From an uncultured delta proteobacterium (GTDB taxonomy: Bacteria > Desulfobacterota > Binatia > UBA9968), in assembly GCA_963816145.1 (NCBI GenBank), contig CAWFJP010000030.1:512001-576000 (forward strand): DNA of 64,000 nucleotides, given 5' to 3'. Each line of letters begins with the position of its first letter. Position 1 is the first letter of the stretch. The notes beneath the pieces are model-generated. The model had not been told where the DNA came from. It did no database searches and worked only from the letters and a program-made list of their open reading frames with translations. Below are positions 9,981 through 18,005 of this stretch, one piece after another. A program made the position numbers and the translations under genes.

Positions 9981-10277
9981 CTACCCCAACGATAGCTCCA
10001 ATATCCGTCTCAGACGCTTCCCAATGGCTCGTTCAGCGAGCTTACGGTCGTAATCTCCCTGAAGATTGAGCCAATACTGCGGCGATTGTCCAAATGCGCG
10101 CCCAAATAACAATGCTAATTCGGCCGTCACCGGCCTCGTCCCCTTGACGATATGCGACACGCGCATCGGCGCCACGCCGATGACGCGAGCAAATTGCGCC
10201 TGAGACATTCCACGCTCCTCGAGGATCTCGCGCAAAAACTCGCCTGGATGAACCGGGGGCAAACCATTTTTAATCAT
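9981..10277 (-). CDS. higA: HigA family antitoxin (HTH-XRE)
   Basis: PPVHPGEFLRE...VTAELALLFGRAFGQSPQYWLNLQ; ATG 10277 with GGGAG RBS. Confidence 0.9.
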   Translation of the reverse strand: MIKNGLPPVHPGEFLREILEERGMSQAQFARVIGVAPMRVSHIVKGTRPVTAELALLFGRAFGQSPQYWLNLQGDYDRKLAERAIGKRLRRILELSLG

Positions 10278-10290
10278 AAAAAACTCCCGT

Positions 10291-10574
10291 TTAGTGATAG
10301 TCGACAATCGCTACATCGAAGGCATCCCCGTTCGCAAAGCGAAAGCAGACTCTCCATTGATCGTTGATTCGGATACTCCACTGTCCCTTCCGATCGCCTC
10401 TCAATGCCGCCAAGTGGTTAGATCGTGGCAATCTTAGATCGTCAACCCGAGTCACAGCGTTCAGTTGTGTAAGACGCATGCCGGCTCTTCAAAGGATATT
10501 TCCGGAGGAAAGCGACGAGAACGCCCCGTCGAATAGAATCTCTCAGTCTCCGAATCGGCAAACGACTGGATTAT
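10291..10574 (-). pseudogene. higB: HigB (RelE/ParE-family killer) toxin pseudogene
   Basis: N-part IQSFADSETERFY and C-part LRLPRSNHLAALRGDRKGQWSIRINDQWRVCFRF...VDYH lie in different frames; start position reads ATA; frameshift and TGA near 10490-10500. Confidence 0.85.
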
Positions 10575-10581
10575 TGCAAGT

Positions 10582-10610
10582 AGGATAAAAAGCCTGTTTA
10601 TGCCGGTCAA
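10582..10610 (-). promoter_or_regulatory. Sigma-70 promoter of higBA (leaderless)
   Basis: TTGACC-N17-TATCCT, 7 nt before the ATA at 10574. Confidence 0.7.
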
Positions 10611-10657
10611 GAAGGGCGCCCGAAAAACCTTTTCGGTGGGCGACATTAGAAATCTCT

Positions 10658-10757
10658 ACCAATTCGGCGGCGACCTGCCGACGTTGAAAGCGCGCAAAGA
10701 CCTGACCGATGAGTTCAGAAAACAAATGCTCTGCGACAACCCGGTAAGGTTCTATCG
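10658..10757 (+). repeat. 100-bp direct repeat, copy 2 (amidohydrolase fragment)
   Basis: Encodes QFGGDLPTLKARKDLTDEFRKQMLCDNPVRFYR, matching the C-terminus of 8768-9841. Confidence 0.95.
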
Positions 10758-10801
10758 TCTAAGGCTCCGTGTTCACAGTAGACCCTCATCATAAATCTAA
10801 A

Positions 10802-10861
10802 ACCTAACGTTTTGGGTGAGAGGCGCGGTCCGCCGCGTCCTTCTCCACTCATTGGTTAGGT
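10802..10861 (-). mobile_element. attC site (60 bp) closing the brnTA cassette
   Basis: ACCTAAC-CAATG-AGTGGAGA...TCTCACC-CAAAAC-GTTAGGT; R and L boxes with an extra G in L''; starts 4 nt after the brnA stop. Confidence 0.85.
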
Positions 10862-10865
10862 TTGT

Positions 10866-11141
10866 CTACCGCGTTTTGCTAAGACGATCAGCCATGCGCG
10901 ACTGCCAACCTGGTCCGGTTGACTTCCAACGCGCAATGACATCCACAGGAAGACGAATCGTGATGAGCTTGCGCGGGTTGGCGGATACAGGGCGACCGCC
11001 CTTCTTCAAGGTTGCACGCGAGAGCATTGCCGAAGTCAGCTCTGGCAATTCCACGTACTCCTTAGCTTTTATGATATGCGCGTCGACTCGCGTCAGGTCA
11101 GATTTTAAAGAGCGGCGCGATGCGCGTTTTTTCACGGCCAT
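10866..11141 (-). CDS. brnA: BrnA antitoxin family protein
   Basis: ELPELT...GGRP...ITIRLPVDVIARWKSTGPGWQSRM. Confidence 0.9.
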   Translation of the reverse strand: MAVKKRASRRSLKSDLTRVDAHIIKAKEYVELPELTSAMLSRATLKKGGRPVSANPRKLITIRLPVDVIARWKSTGPGWQSRMADRLSKTR

Positions 11142-11373
11142 TGGCTTTCCTCATGCTAAATATGTGTCGATCCTCGCCTCTCGGTGTGTACCCAATGACC
11201 ACCACTCGACCTTTCAAGAGTCCATAGCAAATGATCCGGGTCTCGCCATAGTCTTTGCGCGTGTCCTCAACTTCCAACGTCACGCCCTCAAAGACAATTG
11301 CCGCATCCTCAAAATCCAGGCCGCGAGTTGCAAAGGTCTTTTCGCGCTTGGCCGGATCGTAGGTAATGCGCAT
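11098..11373 (-). CDS. brnT: BrnT family ribonuclease toxin
   Basis: YDPAKRE...RGLDFEDA...DTRKDYGETR...IFSMRKANGRE. Confidence 0.9.
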   Translation of the reverse strand: MRITYDPAKREKTFATRGLDFEDAAIVFEGVTLEVEDTRKDYGETRIICYGLLKGRVVVIGYTPRGEDRHIFSMRKANGREKTRIAPLFKI

Positions 11374-11379
11374 TGAGTT

Positions 11380-11408
11380 ATTGTAACTACAACAACTGGC
11401 GTCGGCAA
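11380..11408 (-). promoter_or_regulatory. Cassette-internal sigma-70 promoter of brnTA (leaderless) with TTGTA-GT-TACAA operator-like palindrome
   Basis: TTGCCG-N17-TACAAT, 6 nt before ATG 11373. Confidence 0.75.
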
Positions 11409-11432
11409 GTGCTGTCTTTCACGTCGACAGCA

Positions 11433-11544
11433 ACCTAACGGGTCGGCGGGTGAACCGTGGCCCGCAGGGCCATCGGTTCCATCCGCTGGTTCGACCGCCG
11501 CAGGCGATCGCAACCAGCGTGGCTCACCCGCGGACCCGTTCGCA
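11433..11544 (-). mobile_element. Composite attC (long outer hairpin containing an inner attC 11433-11495 and an inverted, internally deleted copy 11508-11544)
   Basis: Outer GCGAACGGGTC...GACCCGTTAGG; inner GTCGAAC-CAGCG-GATGGAAC...GTTCACC...GTTAGGT. Confidence 0.65.
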
Positions 11545-11560
11545 CGACCGTCTGCGGTCG

Positions 11561-11619
11561 GGCGAACGCTTTGGGTGAGAGGCGCATTTGTCAGCGTCCT
11601 TTCAACCCATTGGTTAGGC
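11561..11619 (-). mobile_element. attC site (59 bp) closing the HExxH-protein cassette
   Basis: GCCTAAC-CAATG-GGTTGAAA...TCTCACC-CAAAGC-GTTCGCC; TAA stop of the upstream ORF lies inside the inverse core; similar to attC 10802-10861. Confidence 0.85.
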
Positions 11620-12246
11620 AAACCGCCTTTCGATCAAGTACTTAAAAAGTCTCTCAACCCAACCACTAATCTCATATTGCTTGAGCGCGTCAAGCCAACG
11701 AGTTTTCTGGAATTCGGGAGCCCAAAACGCATCCGGTTGTTGGAGATAGTCTTTCGCGCGTTCGCACACAGCCTCACTGCCAATCCTCTTCCCAAACCAC
11801 ACCTCCCTACGATGACAGAGTTTCTCGATTCGGACGTGCCGTGAGGAGGGATAACCAATTCCGAGGGCGTAGAGATGCGCGTGTGCGGTCTCGTGAACCA
11901 GTGTTGAGGCGATCTCCTCTACAAGAGTCGACTCCTTGCTGACATGCTTCTCGTCAAGACAACATAGTTTCAATGGCGGAAAAAATTCCCCCACTGCGGT
12001 GCCGAGCGGCATAATCAGGATACCGCGGACATGCAGCCGTAGCCGTTTGAGGCATTGGGGAGAAGCTGATGCCAAAAGATCCAGGGCATGGGAAAGTTTC
12101 TCTTGTATGGCCGCCCTCGATTCACAAAAGAGAAACCCGACCGGTACTTCGAGATACTCCTGCCTTGGCGCAAGCCGCCAAGCTACCCCCATGGCAACAT
12201 TGTAAATGGGATGACCGCTCGACTCCTGGGATTTATGCTGGCTCAA
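11614..12246 (-). CDS. Cassette-borne hypothetical protein with HExxH zinc-metallopeptidase motif
   Basis: 210 aa; IASTLVHETAHAHL with downstream E; fills the space between GTTAGGC at 12272 and the attC; TTG start, exact start uncertain. Confidence 0.7.
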   Translation of the reverse strand: MSQHKSQESSGHPIYNVAMGVAWRLAPRQEYLEVPVGFLFCESRAAIQEKLSHALDLLASASPQCLKRLRLHVRGILIMPLGTAVGEFFPPLKLCCLDEKHVSKESTLVEEIASTLVHETAHAHLYALGIGYPSSRHVRIEKLCHRREVWFGKRIGSEAVCERAKDYLQQPDAFWAPEFQKTRWLDALKQYEISGWVERLFKYLIERRFA

Positions 12247-12265
12247 ACAGATGCTCTCTCGTTTT

Positions 12266-12320
12266 GCCTAACCAATAGTATCTGGTTCCGTATAGAACTT
12301 CATAACTTCTGTATAGCACG
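12266..12320 (-). mobile_element. Putative attI site
   Basis: GTTAGGC core with no attC hairpin upstream; preceded by imperfect direct repeats CTATACAGAAG / CTATACGGAAC in AT-rich DNA. Confidence 0.5.
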
Positions 12321-12563
12321 ACTCAAGAAAAATGAGCCGGACATTTTTGGCGAAAGTACAAAACCTTATCACACTAAAGCAACTTATGAACGCGACAAAT
12401 GCCGAAAGGTCTTTCAGTATATTGAGACGCGCAGGCTAAGATTCGACCAGTATGATCCCCACGCTACCGGCCGGGCTACGTAGACTAGATCCCGGCAAAC
12501 AAAGGGTCTACTTTGATTACTATCTCGACTACTTCTTTCTCATCGCTCCGCAACCCACCCAGC

Positions 12564-13583
12564 CTACTTCAAACTCACCCCCTGCGCCGCGTAAGCCCGG
12601 TCAATGAAGCCGGATTCATCGAGCTTGCGCATGATGCGCGCGTCGATCACTTCTTCGGTTTTGATCTCGCCGATCTTCGGATTGCGGGTTTTGAGCATTC
12701 TCTGCACATTACGCAAACCATCCAAAGACGGGAACGGTTTGCGGTCGACGCCGTTTAATAAATCTTGATAACCTTCCTCCGCGTTGTTGGCGTTGGCCTT
12801 GAGTCTTTTCATAATCGTTTTTATCACCGTGGCTTTGTTCTTCGGCGCGACGGCAAAGGCTAATGCTTCGATCTCCGCCTTGAGATACGCCTCTACTACG
12901 TCGGGGCGTTGGCTGAGAAAGGTTTGCGGCACGACCATCGCCTGGCCGACGGTGCGCTGGGCGAGGTTGGCGGATTCGCCGAGAACCGTGAAGCCCTTTT
13001 GCCTGAGGATTTTGCTGAACACGCCGTCGAGCGCGGCGGCGTCGGCGATGCCGGTCTCGACGGCTTGCATCATGATCGGTTGATCGCCGAGCACCTGCAT
13101 GTTGATCTGATCGCGGGTTTGATCGAGGCCCAAATGTTCGAGCCAAAAGAGCACACCCATCCAGCCGGTGCCGCCGATACTATTCAACGCAATTTTTTTA
13201 CCGCGCAAATCTTCCGGCCGTTTGATGTTCGGCCGGGCGATGAGGTCATAGCTGTTGCGGCTGGAAAAAGTCGCGACGATCTTGAAGTCATGGCCCGCGC
13301 CGACCGCCGCCAGCGTCGCGCTGCCGCCGCTGCGGCCGAATTGGATGTCTCCCGATGCCATGCCGGCGACGAGCAGCGGCGCGCCGCGGACATAAACTTG
13401 GTCGACCAGGAGGCCGTTTCTGGCGAGAAATCCCTGCTCATCGGCAATCCACAAGGGCGCCACGCGGCCATTCATCGCAGCGTAGCCGACCACGACCTTA
13501 GTCAATGCCGTTGCGGCGAAAACGGAGCAGACTGAAATCAACCAGATCAAGACCGCATAAGCAAAAATTCTGCTGTGCAACAT
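12564..13583 (-). CDS. ABC transporter substrate-binding protein, NitT/TauT
   Basis: Signal peptide from ATG 13583; PLWIADEQGF; DLRGKKIA; KLDESGFID. Confidence 0.85.
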   Translation of the reverse strand: MLHSRIFAYAVLIWLISVCSVFAATALTKVVVGYAAMNGRVAPLWIADEQGFLARNGLLVDQVYVRGAPLLVAGMASGDIQFGRSGGSATLAAVGAGHDFKIVATFSSRNSYDLIARPNIKRPEDLRGKKIALNSIGGTGWMGVLFWLEHLGLDQTRDQINMQVLGDQPIMMQAVETGIADAAALDGVFSKILRQKGFTVLGESANLAQRTVGQAMVVPQTFLSQRPDVVEAYLKAEIEALAFAVAPKNKATVIKTIMKRLKANANNAEEGYQDLLNGVDRKPFPSLDGLRNVQRMLKTRNPKIGEIKTEEVIDARIMRKLDESGFIDRAYAAQGVSLK

Positions 13584-13624
13584 AGTCAGACCCCCATTGG
13601 ATAACGGCAGAGAGATCTTGCCGC

Positions 13625-14674
13625 TTACAGGATTCGGTTGAACCATAGGAGCGAGAGCAGCGCGGAGAGCAGCACGATGATTGCCGCTGCGGCGGCGAAG
13701 AGGGCGGTGATTTCCATGTCCTTCTTTTCCAATAAAAATTTGGAGTTGAGGGAGTCGTAGACTTTTTTAAGATCGGTAGCTGTGCCGGCGTAAAAATATT
13801 GGCCGCGGGTCAAGTCGGCGATCGCTTTGAGCGTTTCCTCGTCGAGGCGCACACGCATGGACCAACCTTCGAAGCCAATGGTCTCGCCGGCTTTCGTGCC
13901 GAATCCGACGGTGAAGACGCGCACGCCGCGGTCGGCGGCCATCCGCGCCGCTTCCATGGAGTCCGGGCCTGTGGTCCTCTGGCCATCGGTAAGCAAAATG
14001 ATCGCGGCAGAGGCGTAGGAGCCGGGCGCTACCGGTTTGAAGTCTTGCTTTTCCGCTTTGCCGGTCTGGTCGAGCGGCATGCCGCGTGGCGTGTAACGCC
14101 CGGAGCCGTAAATCAACGAGCTCACGTCAATACCAGCATCGGGAAAAATGGTCGCAAGTGAAACGATGATGCCGCTGCCGATGGCGGTGCCCCGTTGCAG
14201 TTGGAAGCGATCGATGGCGCCGATGATGTCTTCGCGATTATGCGTGGGTACCTGCACCACCGCCGCCGTTCCGGCGAAGGACACCACGCCGATGCGTACG
14301 TTGGAGGGTTGGTCGGCGACGAAGGCCTTGGCCGCGGCCTGAGCTGCGGTAATGCGATTGGGCTGGACGTCGACGGCGCGCATGCTGCCGGAAACGTCCA
14401 TGGCGAGGATGATGGTTTGGTATTGCGACGGCAGGGTGATCACGGCGGCCGGACGGGCGACGGCGACAAGCATTGCGATCAGTGCCAGCAAAAACAGCAG
14501 CGGCGGGATGTGGCGGCGAAATCTCTGGCCCGCGCCGATCGCTTCTTTCACCATGCTCAAACTCGCATATTTGAGCGCGCTCTGCTGCTTGCGGCGCAAT
14601 AGATAGAAATAGCCGGCCACCAGCGCCGGCACGACCAGCAGCAGCCAGAGCATCTCAGGCCAGAGGAACTTCAT
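13625..14674 (-). CDS. VWA domain membrane protein (BatA-like)
   Basis: N-terminal TM segments; MIDAS DVSGSM, TAIG, LLTDG; C-terminal TM. Confidence 0.9.
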   Translation of the reverse strand: MKFLWPEMLWLLLVVPALVAGYFYLLRRKQQSALKYASLSMVKEAIGAGQRFRRHIPPLLFLLALIAMLVAVARPAAVITLPSQYQTIILAMDVSGSMRAVDVQPNRITAAQAAAKAFVADQPSNVRIGVVSFAGTAAVVQVPTHNREDIIGAIDRFQLQRGTAIGSGIIVSLATIFPDAGIDVSSLIYGSGRYTPRGMPLDQTGKAEKQDFKPVAPGSYASAAIILLTDGQRTTGPDSMEAARMAADRGVRVFTVGFGTKAGETIGFEGWSMRVRLDEETLKAIADLTRGQYFYAGTATDLKKVYDSLNSKFLLEKKDMEITALFAAAAAIIVLLSALLSLLWFNRIL

Positions 14675-15617
14675 GGCTCCCTCTTAAGTGCTGCGGCAGG
14701 CCGCCGCCGGCCAACTGGCTGCGCCGCTTGCGCAAATCGGCGAAGCGGAGAATCGCATTTGCCAAATCATCGTCGGTCGATAACTCCAGCGCGTCGACGC
14801 CGGCCTGGGTGAACGCCGAACGCAGCTCCTGCTCGCGGCGCTCGGCCAAGGCCGCGAAGCGCTTGCGGAAGGTGCGATCGTGGGTGTCGACGAATAATTG
14901 TTCGCCGGTCTCGGCGTCGCGCATCGTGATCAGTCCGAGGTCGGGCAACTCCATCTCCAATGGGTCGTAGAGCCGCACGGCGATGATCTCGTGGCGCTGC
15001 GCGAGATTCGCCAGCGGGTTGGCCCAGCCGGGCGTGCTGATGAAATCGGAGACGACGAAAACCAGCGAGCGTCTTGGCATGACGCGCAGAGCGGTCTGGA
15101 GAAAATCGCCCAAATTGGTCGCCGCCGAGCGCGAAGGCTCGGGCCGGGAAAGGATTCTGTGCAAAATATGCAGCGCGTGGCGCCGGCCGCTGCGCGCCGG
15201 AATCACCGTATCCACGCTGTCGCCGTAGAAGAGCGCGCCGACGCGATTGCCGTGACGGGTCAGGAGCCGCGCCAGCACGGTGACGAATTCAGTCGAGACA
15301 GAACGCTTCTTCACGCGGGCGCCAAAGTCCACCGACGGGCTCAAGTCCAGCAGGAACCAGGCCATCACTTCCCGGTCTTCGTTGTAGACCCTCACGTAAG
15401 GTGTCTGGAGACGAGCGGTGACGTTCCAATCGATGTAGCGAACGTCGTCGTAATACTGATACTCGCGCAGATCGGCTAGGTCGAGCCCGAAACCGCGAAA
15501 CAGGGTCTGATAGTTGCCATGCAGCAGCCCGTCCAGGCGTCGAAGCACCGTCCACTCGAGATGGCGCAGGATGTTCTCGGCGCCGGCCGTATGCACAGAT
15601 TCTTGGACAGGACTCAT
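14655..15617 (-). CDS. DUF58 domain protein
   Basis: LREYQYYDDVRYIDWNVTAR; VVSDF. Confidence 0.9.
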   Translation of the reverse strand: MSPVQESVHTAGAENILRHLEWTVLRRLDGLLHGNYQTLFRGFGLDLADLREYQYYDDVRYIDWNVTARLQTPYVRVYNEDREVMAWFLLDLSPSVDFGARVKKRSVSTEFVTVLARLLTRHGNRVGALFYGDSVDTVIPARSGRRHALHILHRILSRPEPSRSAATNLGDFLQTALRVMPRRSLVFVVSDFISTPGWANPLANLAQRHEIIAVRLYDPLEMELPDLGLITMRDAETGEQLFVDTHDRTFRKRFAALAERREQELRSAFTQAGVDALELSTDDDLANAILRFADLRKRRSQLAGGGLPQHLRGSHEVPLA

Positions 15618-15707
15618 CGGCTGATTGCTCCAAGCATGAAAAAAAGCGGCAAACCGTGCAAAAACTCACGCCGTTGAAAAGCATCTCCGTTGGCTCAAGG
15701 CAGATTC

Positions 15708-15788
15708 TTGGACTACTGGACTCGCCGAGTTATGAGGAGATGGATGGGAGCCTAGCACTCCAATATTCCAGTACTCCAACACGCCAAT
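15708..15788. repeat. TGGAGTA/TACTCCA-type octamer repeat (family D, degenerate)
   Basis: TGGACTACTGGACT ... CACTCCAATATTCCAGTACTCCAACACGCCA. Confidence 0.55.
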
Positions 15789-15789
15789 T

Positions 15790-16803
15790 TTACAAGCTTG
15801 CGCCAACTCTAACATGGGTCTCCAACGGCTTTTCGGGAGCCGGTATATGCTCCATGATACGGCGGATCAAGTGATCCGGCGTCATGCCATCGGCCAGCGC
15901 TTCATAGGTCAGCACTAGCCGATGGCGAAATACATCGAGAACTAGATCTGTGACGTCTTCCGACAAAACATAGGTGCGCCCGCGCAGAAACGCCAGCGCC
16001 CGCGCGCCCTCGATAAGATGAATCGAGGCGCGCGGGCTGACGCCGAAAGATACGTACTTGGCCACTTCGGCAACCCCAAAGCGATCGGGGTCGCGCGTCG
16101 CCGAGGCGAGCCGCACCGCATATTGCTTGAGCGCCGGATCGACGTAGACACGCTGACACTCGCGCTGTAGCGCGCTCAGTTGCTCAGGGGTGGCCAGCGG
16201 CACGACGTCGTTGGCAGTGCCGGTGACTCGGTCGACGATGACGAACTCTTCTTCTTCGGTGGGATAACCGACGAGCACCTTCATCATGAACCGGTCCACT
16301 TGCGCCTCGGGCAGCGGATAGGTTCCTTCGGTTTCGATCGGGTTCTGCGTCGCCATCACCAAGAACGGTTCGGTCACACGATGGCTCTCACCGGCGATGG
16401 TAACCTGGCGTTCTTGCATCACTTCGAGCAGCGCGCTTTGCACTTTCGCCGGCGCCCGGTTGATCTCATCGGCCAGCAGCAGATTGGTAAAAACCGGTCC
16501 CAATGCAGTGGTAAATTCGCCGGTCTTCTGATTGTAGATGCGCGTGCCCACCAGATCCGCCGGCACGAGATCCGGAGTGAATTGAATTCGTTTGAACGAG
16601 CCGCGAATGGTTCTGGCAAGTGTCTTGACCGTCAGCGTCTTGGCGAGACCCGGCACGCCCTCGACGAGCAGATGCCCCTGCGCCAGTACCGCCACCAGCA
16701 CGCGCTCGAGAAAACGATCCTGGCCAACGATGACCTTCTTCACCTCGTAGAGGATGCGCTCCATGAGCGAAGCAACTTCTTTGTGGTTTGTTTCTCTGTC
16801 CAT
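15790..16803 (-). CDS. moxR: MoxR family AAA+ ATPase
   Basis: Walker A EGVPGLAKT; RIQFTPDL; LLADEINRA; ATQNPIE; start ATG 16803. Confidence 0.95.
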   Translation of the reverse strand: MDRETNHKEVASLMERILYEVKKVIVGQDRFLERVLVAVLAQGHLLVEGVPGLAKTLTVKTLARTIRGSFKRIQFTPDLVPADLVGTRIYNQKTGEFTTALGPVFTNLLLADEINRAPAKVQSALLEVMQERQVTIAGESHRVTEPFLVMATQNPIETEGTYPLPEAQVDRFMMKVLVGYPTEEEEFVIVDRVTGTANDVVPLATPEQLSALQRECQRVYVDPALKQYAVRLASATRDPDRFGVAEVAKYVSFGVSPRASIHLIEGARALAFLRGRTYVLSEDVTDLVLDVFRHRLVLTYEALADGMTPDHLIRRIMEHIPAPEKPLETHVRVGASL

Positions 16804-16834
16804 AAGCCCCTTTTTGCTGGCCCTTGCGATTACC

Positions 16835-17776
16835 CTAGAACGGCGGCACGCCGACAGCGGTTGCAGCATTTTCAATGGGCACCGCAAAGCCAATGCCGAC
16901 AAAAAAACGCTGGTTCGTCGGATTAAGAATCGCGGTAACGATGCCGACAACCTCCCCCCGGGCGGTTACCAGCGGACCGCCGGAGCTGCCGGGATTGGCC
17001 GCAGCATCGAACTGAATGAGATTGGTCAGCAAGCGTTTCCCATTCGGGGAGAAAAACTCGCGGCGCAATCCGGAGACTACTCCAGCGCTCGCCGAAGGAC
17101 CTATACCAAAAGGATATCCCACCGCGACGACCTGATCGCCTATGGCAAGGTCCGCGGTGGAGCGCATAGTGGCCGCGACCAAATCGTCGGGAATCTTATG
17201 CGCCTGCAGCACGGCTAAATCATTCTCAGGCTGCGTACCGGTCACCGTGGCGTCGGATTCGAGCCCGTCAGCAAACACGACTTGCACCCGCTTGGCGCCG
17301 AACACCACATGAAGATTGGTCAAGATCACGCCCTTGTCGACGATCACGACGCCGGTGCCGACGCCCTTTTCGCTCTCTTCGCCGTTCTTGTTCGGTTCCA
17401 TGCGACGCACCCGGACGATCGACGGTCGAATGATCTCGTACGCTTTCGCCGCCGCGGACGGCAGAACATTGGTCTCGAGCGTGTGCAGCACCGCGGCGTT
17501 AATATCTTCCTGAGTGACCGGACGCGGCGCCGGCGCAAATACCCCGTGGGTCAAAACCACCAGTAGCGAGAGCAGCACGGCGGCTGCCAGCCAAAGCGGG
17601 CGTTCGTGGCGCGCGCAAAAGTTTCGCCAGCGCGCGCGGGGTTTTTGACTTGGAACTTTCGCCGAAGAACTGTCGTCGGATTGATCGGGCCTTGCGGGAA
17701 GATGCAGATCGGCCGTCGGCGCTGACCGGCGGGCAACCGATGAACGGCTGGAACTGTAAAGCGTAACTCTCTTCAT
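16835..17776 (-). CDS. Membrane-anchored trypsin-like serine protease (HtrA-like, no PDZ)
   Basis: TM anchor; triad TNLHVV, ENDLA, NPGSSGGPL. Confidence 0.9.
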   Translation of the reverse strand: MKRVTLYSSSRSSVARRSAPTADLHLPARPDQSDDSSSAKVPSQKPRARWRNFCARHERPLWLAAAVLLSLLVVLTHGVFAPAPRPVTQEDINAAVLHTLETNVLPSAAAKAYEIIRPSIVRVRRMEPNKNGEESEKGVGTGVVIVDKGVILTNLHVVFGAKRVQVVFADGLESDATVTGTQPENDLAVLQAHKIPDDLVAATMRSTADLAIGDQVVAVGYPFGIGPSASAGVVSGLRREFFSPNGKRLLTNLIQFDAAANPGSSGGPLVTARGEVVGIVTAILNPTNQRFFVGIGFAVPIENAATAVGVPPF

Positions 17777-18005
17777 GTGCGGCCCTGTCAATTGACCCGC
17801 GCCCACCGGCCTTCCGTCGAAGCAAACCCAACAACCTGAACTTTTATCTATCGCACGGCTAGCCGAAATTAAAGCCCGCTAGCCGCACTATGGCTAGGAG
17901 GTAGAGCCGCAACGAATCTTTTCAGATGCCGTTGCTCGCATGCCGCCGACATGCGGGTCCAGCGCGGCCTGGGCTTCACGACTGCGGAGTCAGTCGAAGT
18001 GACAC

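Larger units (their letters stand above)
10758..12320 (-). mobile_element. Integron-type gene cassette array without an integrase in the window (CALIN-like)
   Basis: At least three attC-type sites; each cassette starts with a GTT core complementary to its own AAC inverse core (GTTAGGC/GCCTAAC, GTTAGGT/ACCTAAC, GTTCGC/GCGAAC); co-oriented genes; lower GC by eye. Confidence 0.8.

Noticed and set aside
12302-12318. loxP-like sequence ATAACTTCTGTATAGCA
   Set aside because: Resembles one loxP arm with an inserted base but there is no inverted second arm; better explained as part of the attI-like direct repeats or chance
12088-12483. Plus-strand ORF as an intI remnant
   Set aside because: No tyrosine-recombinase motifs (R...HxxR...Y) and it overlaps the cassette gene in antisense
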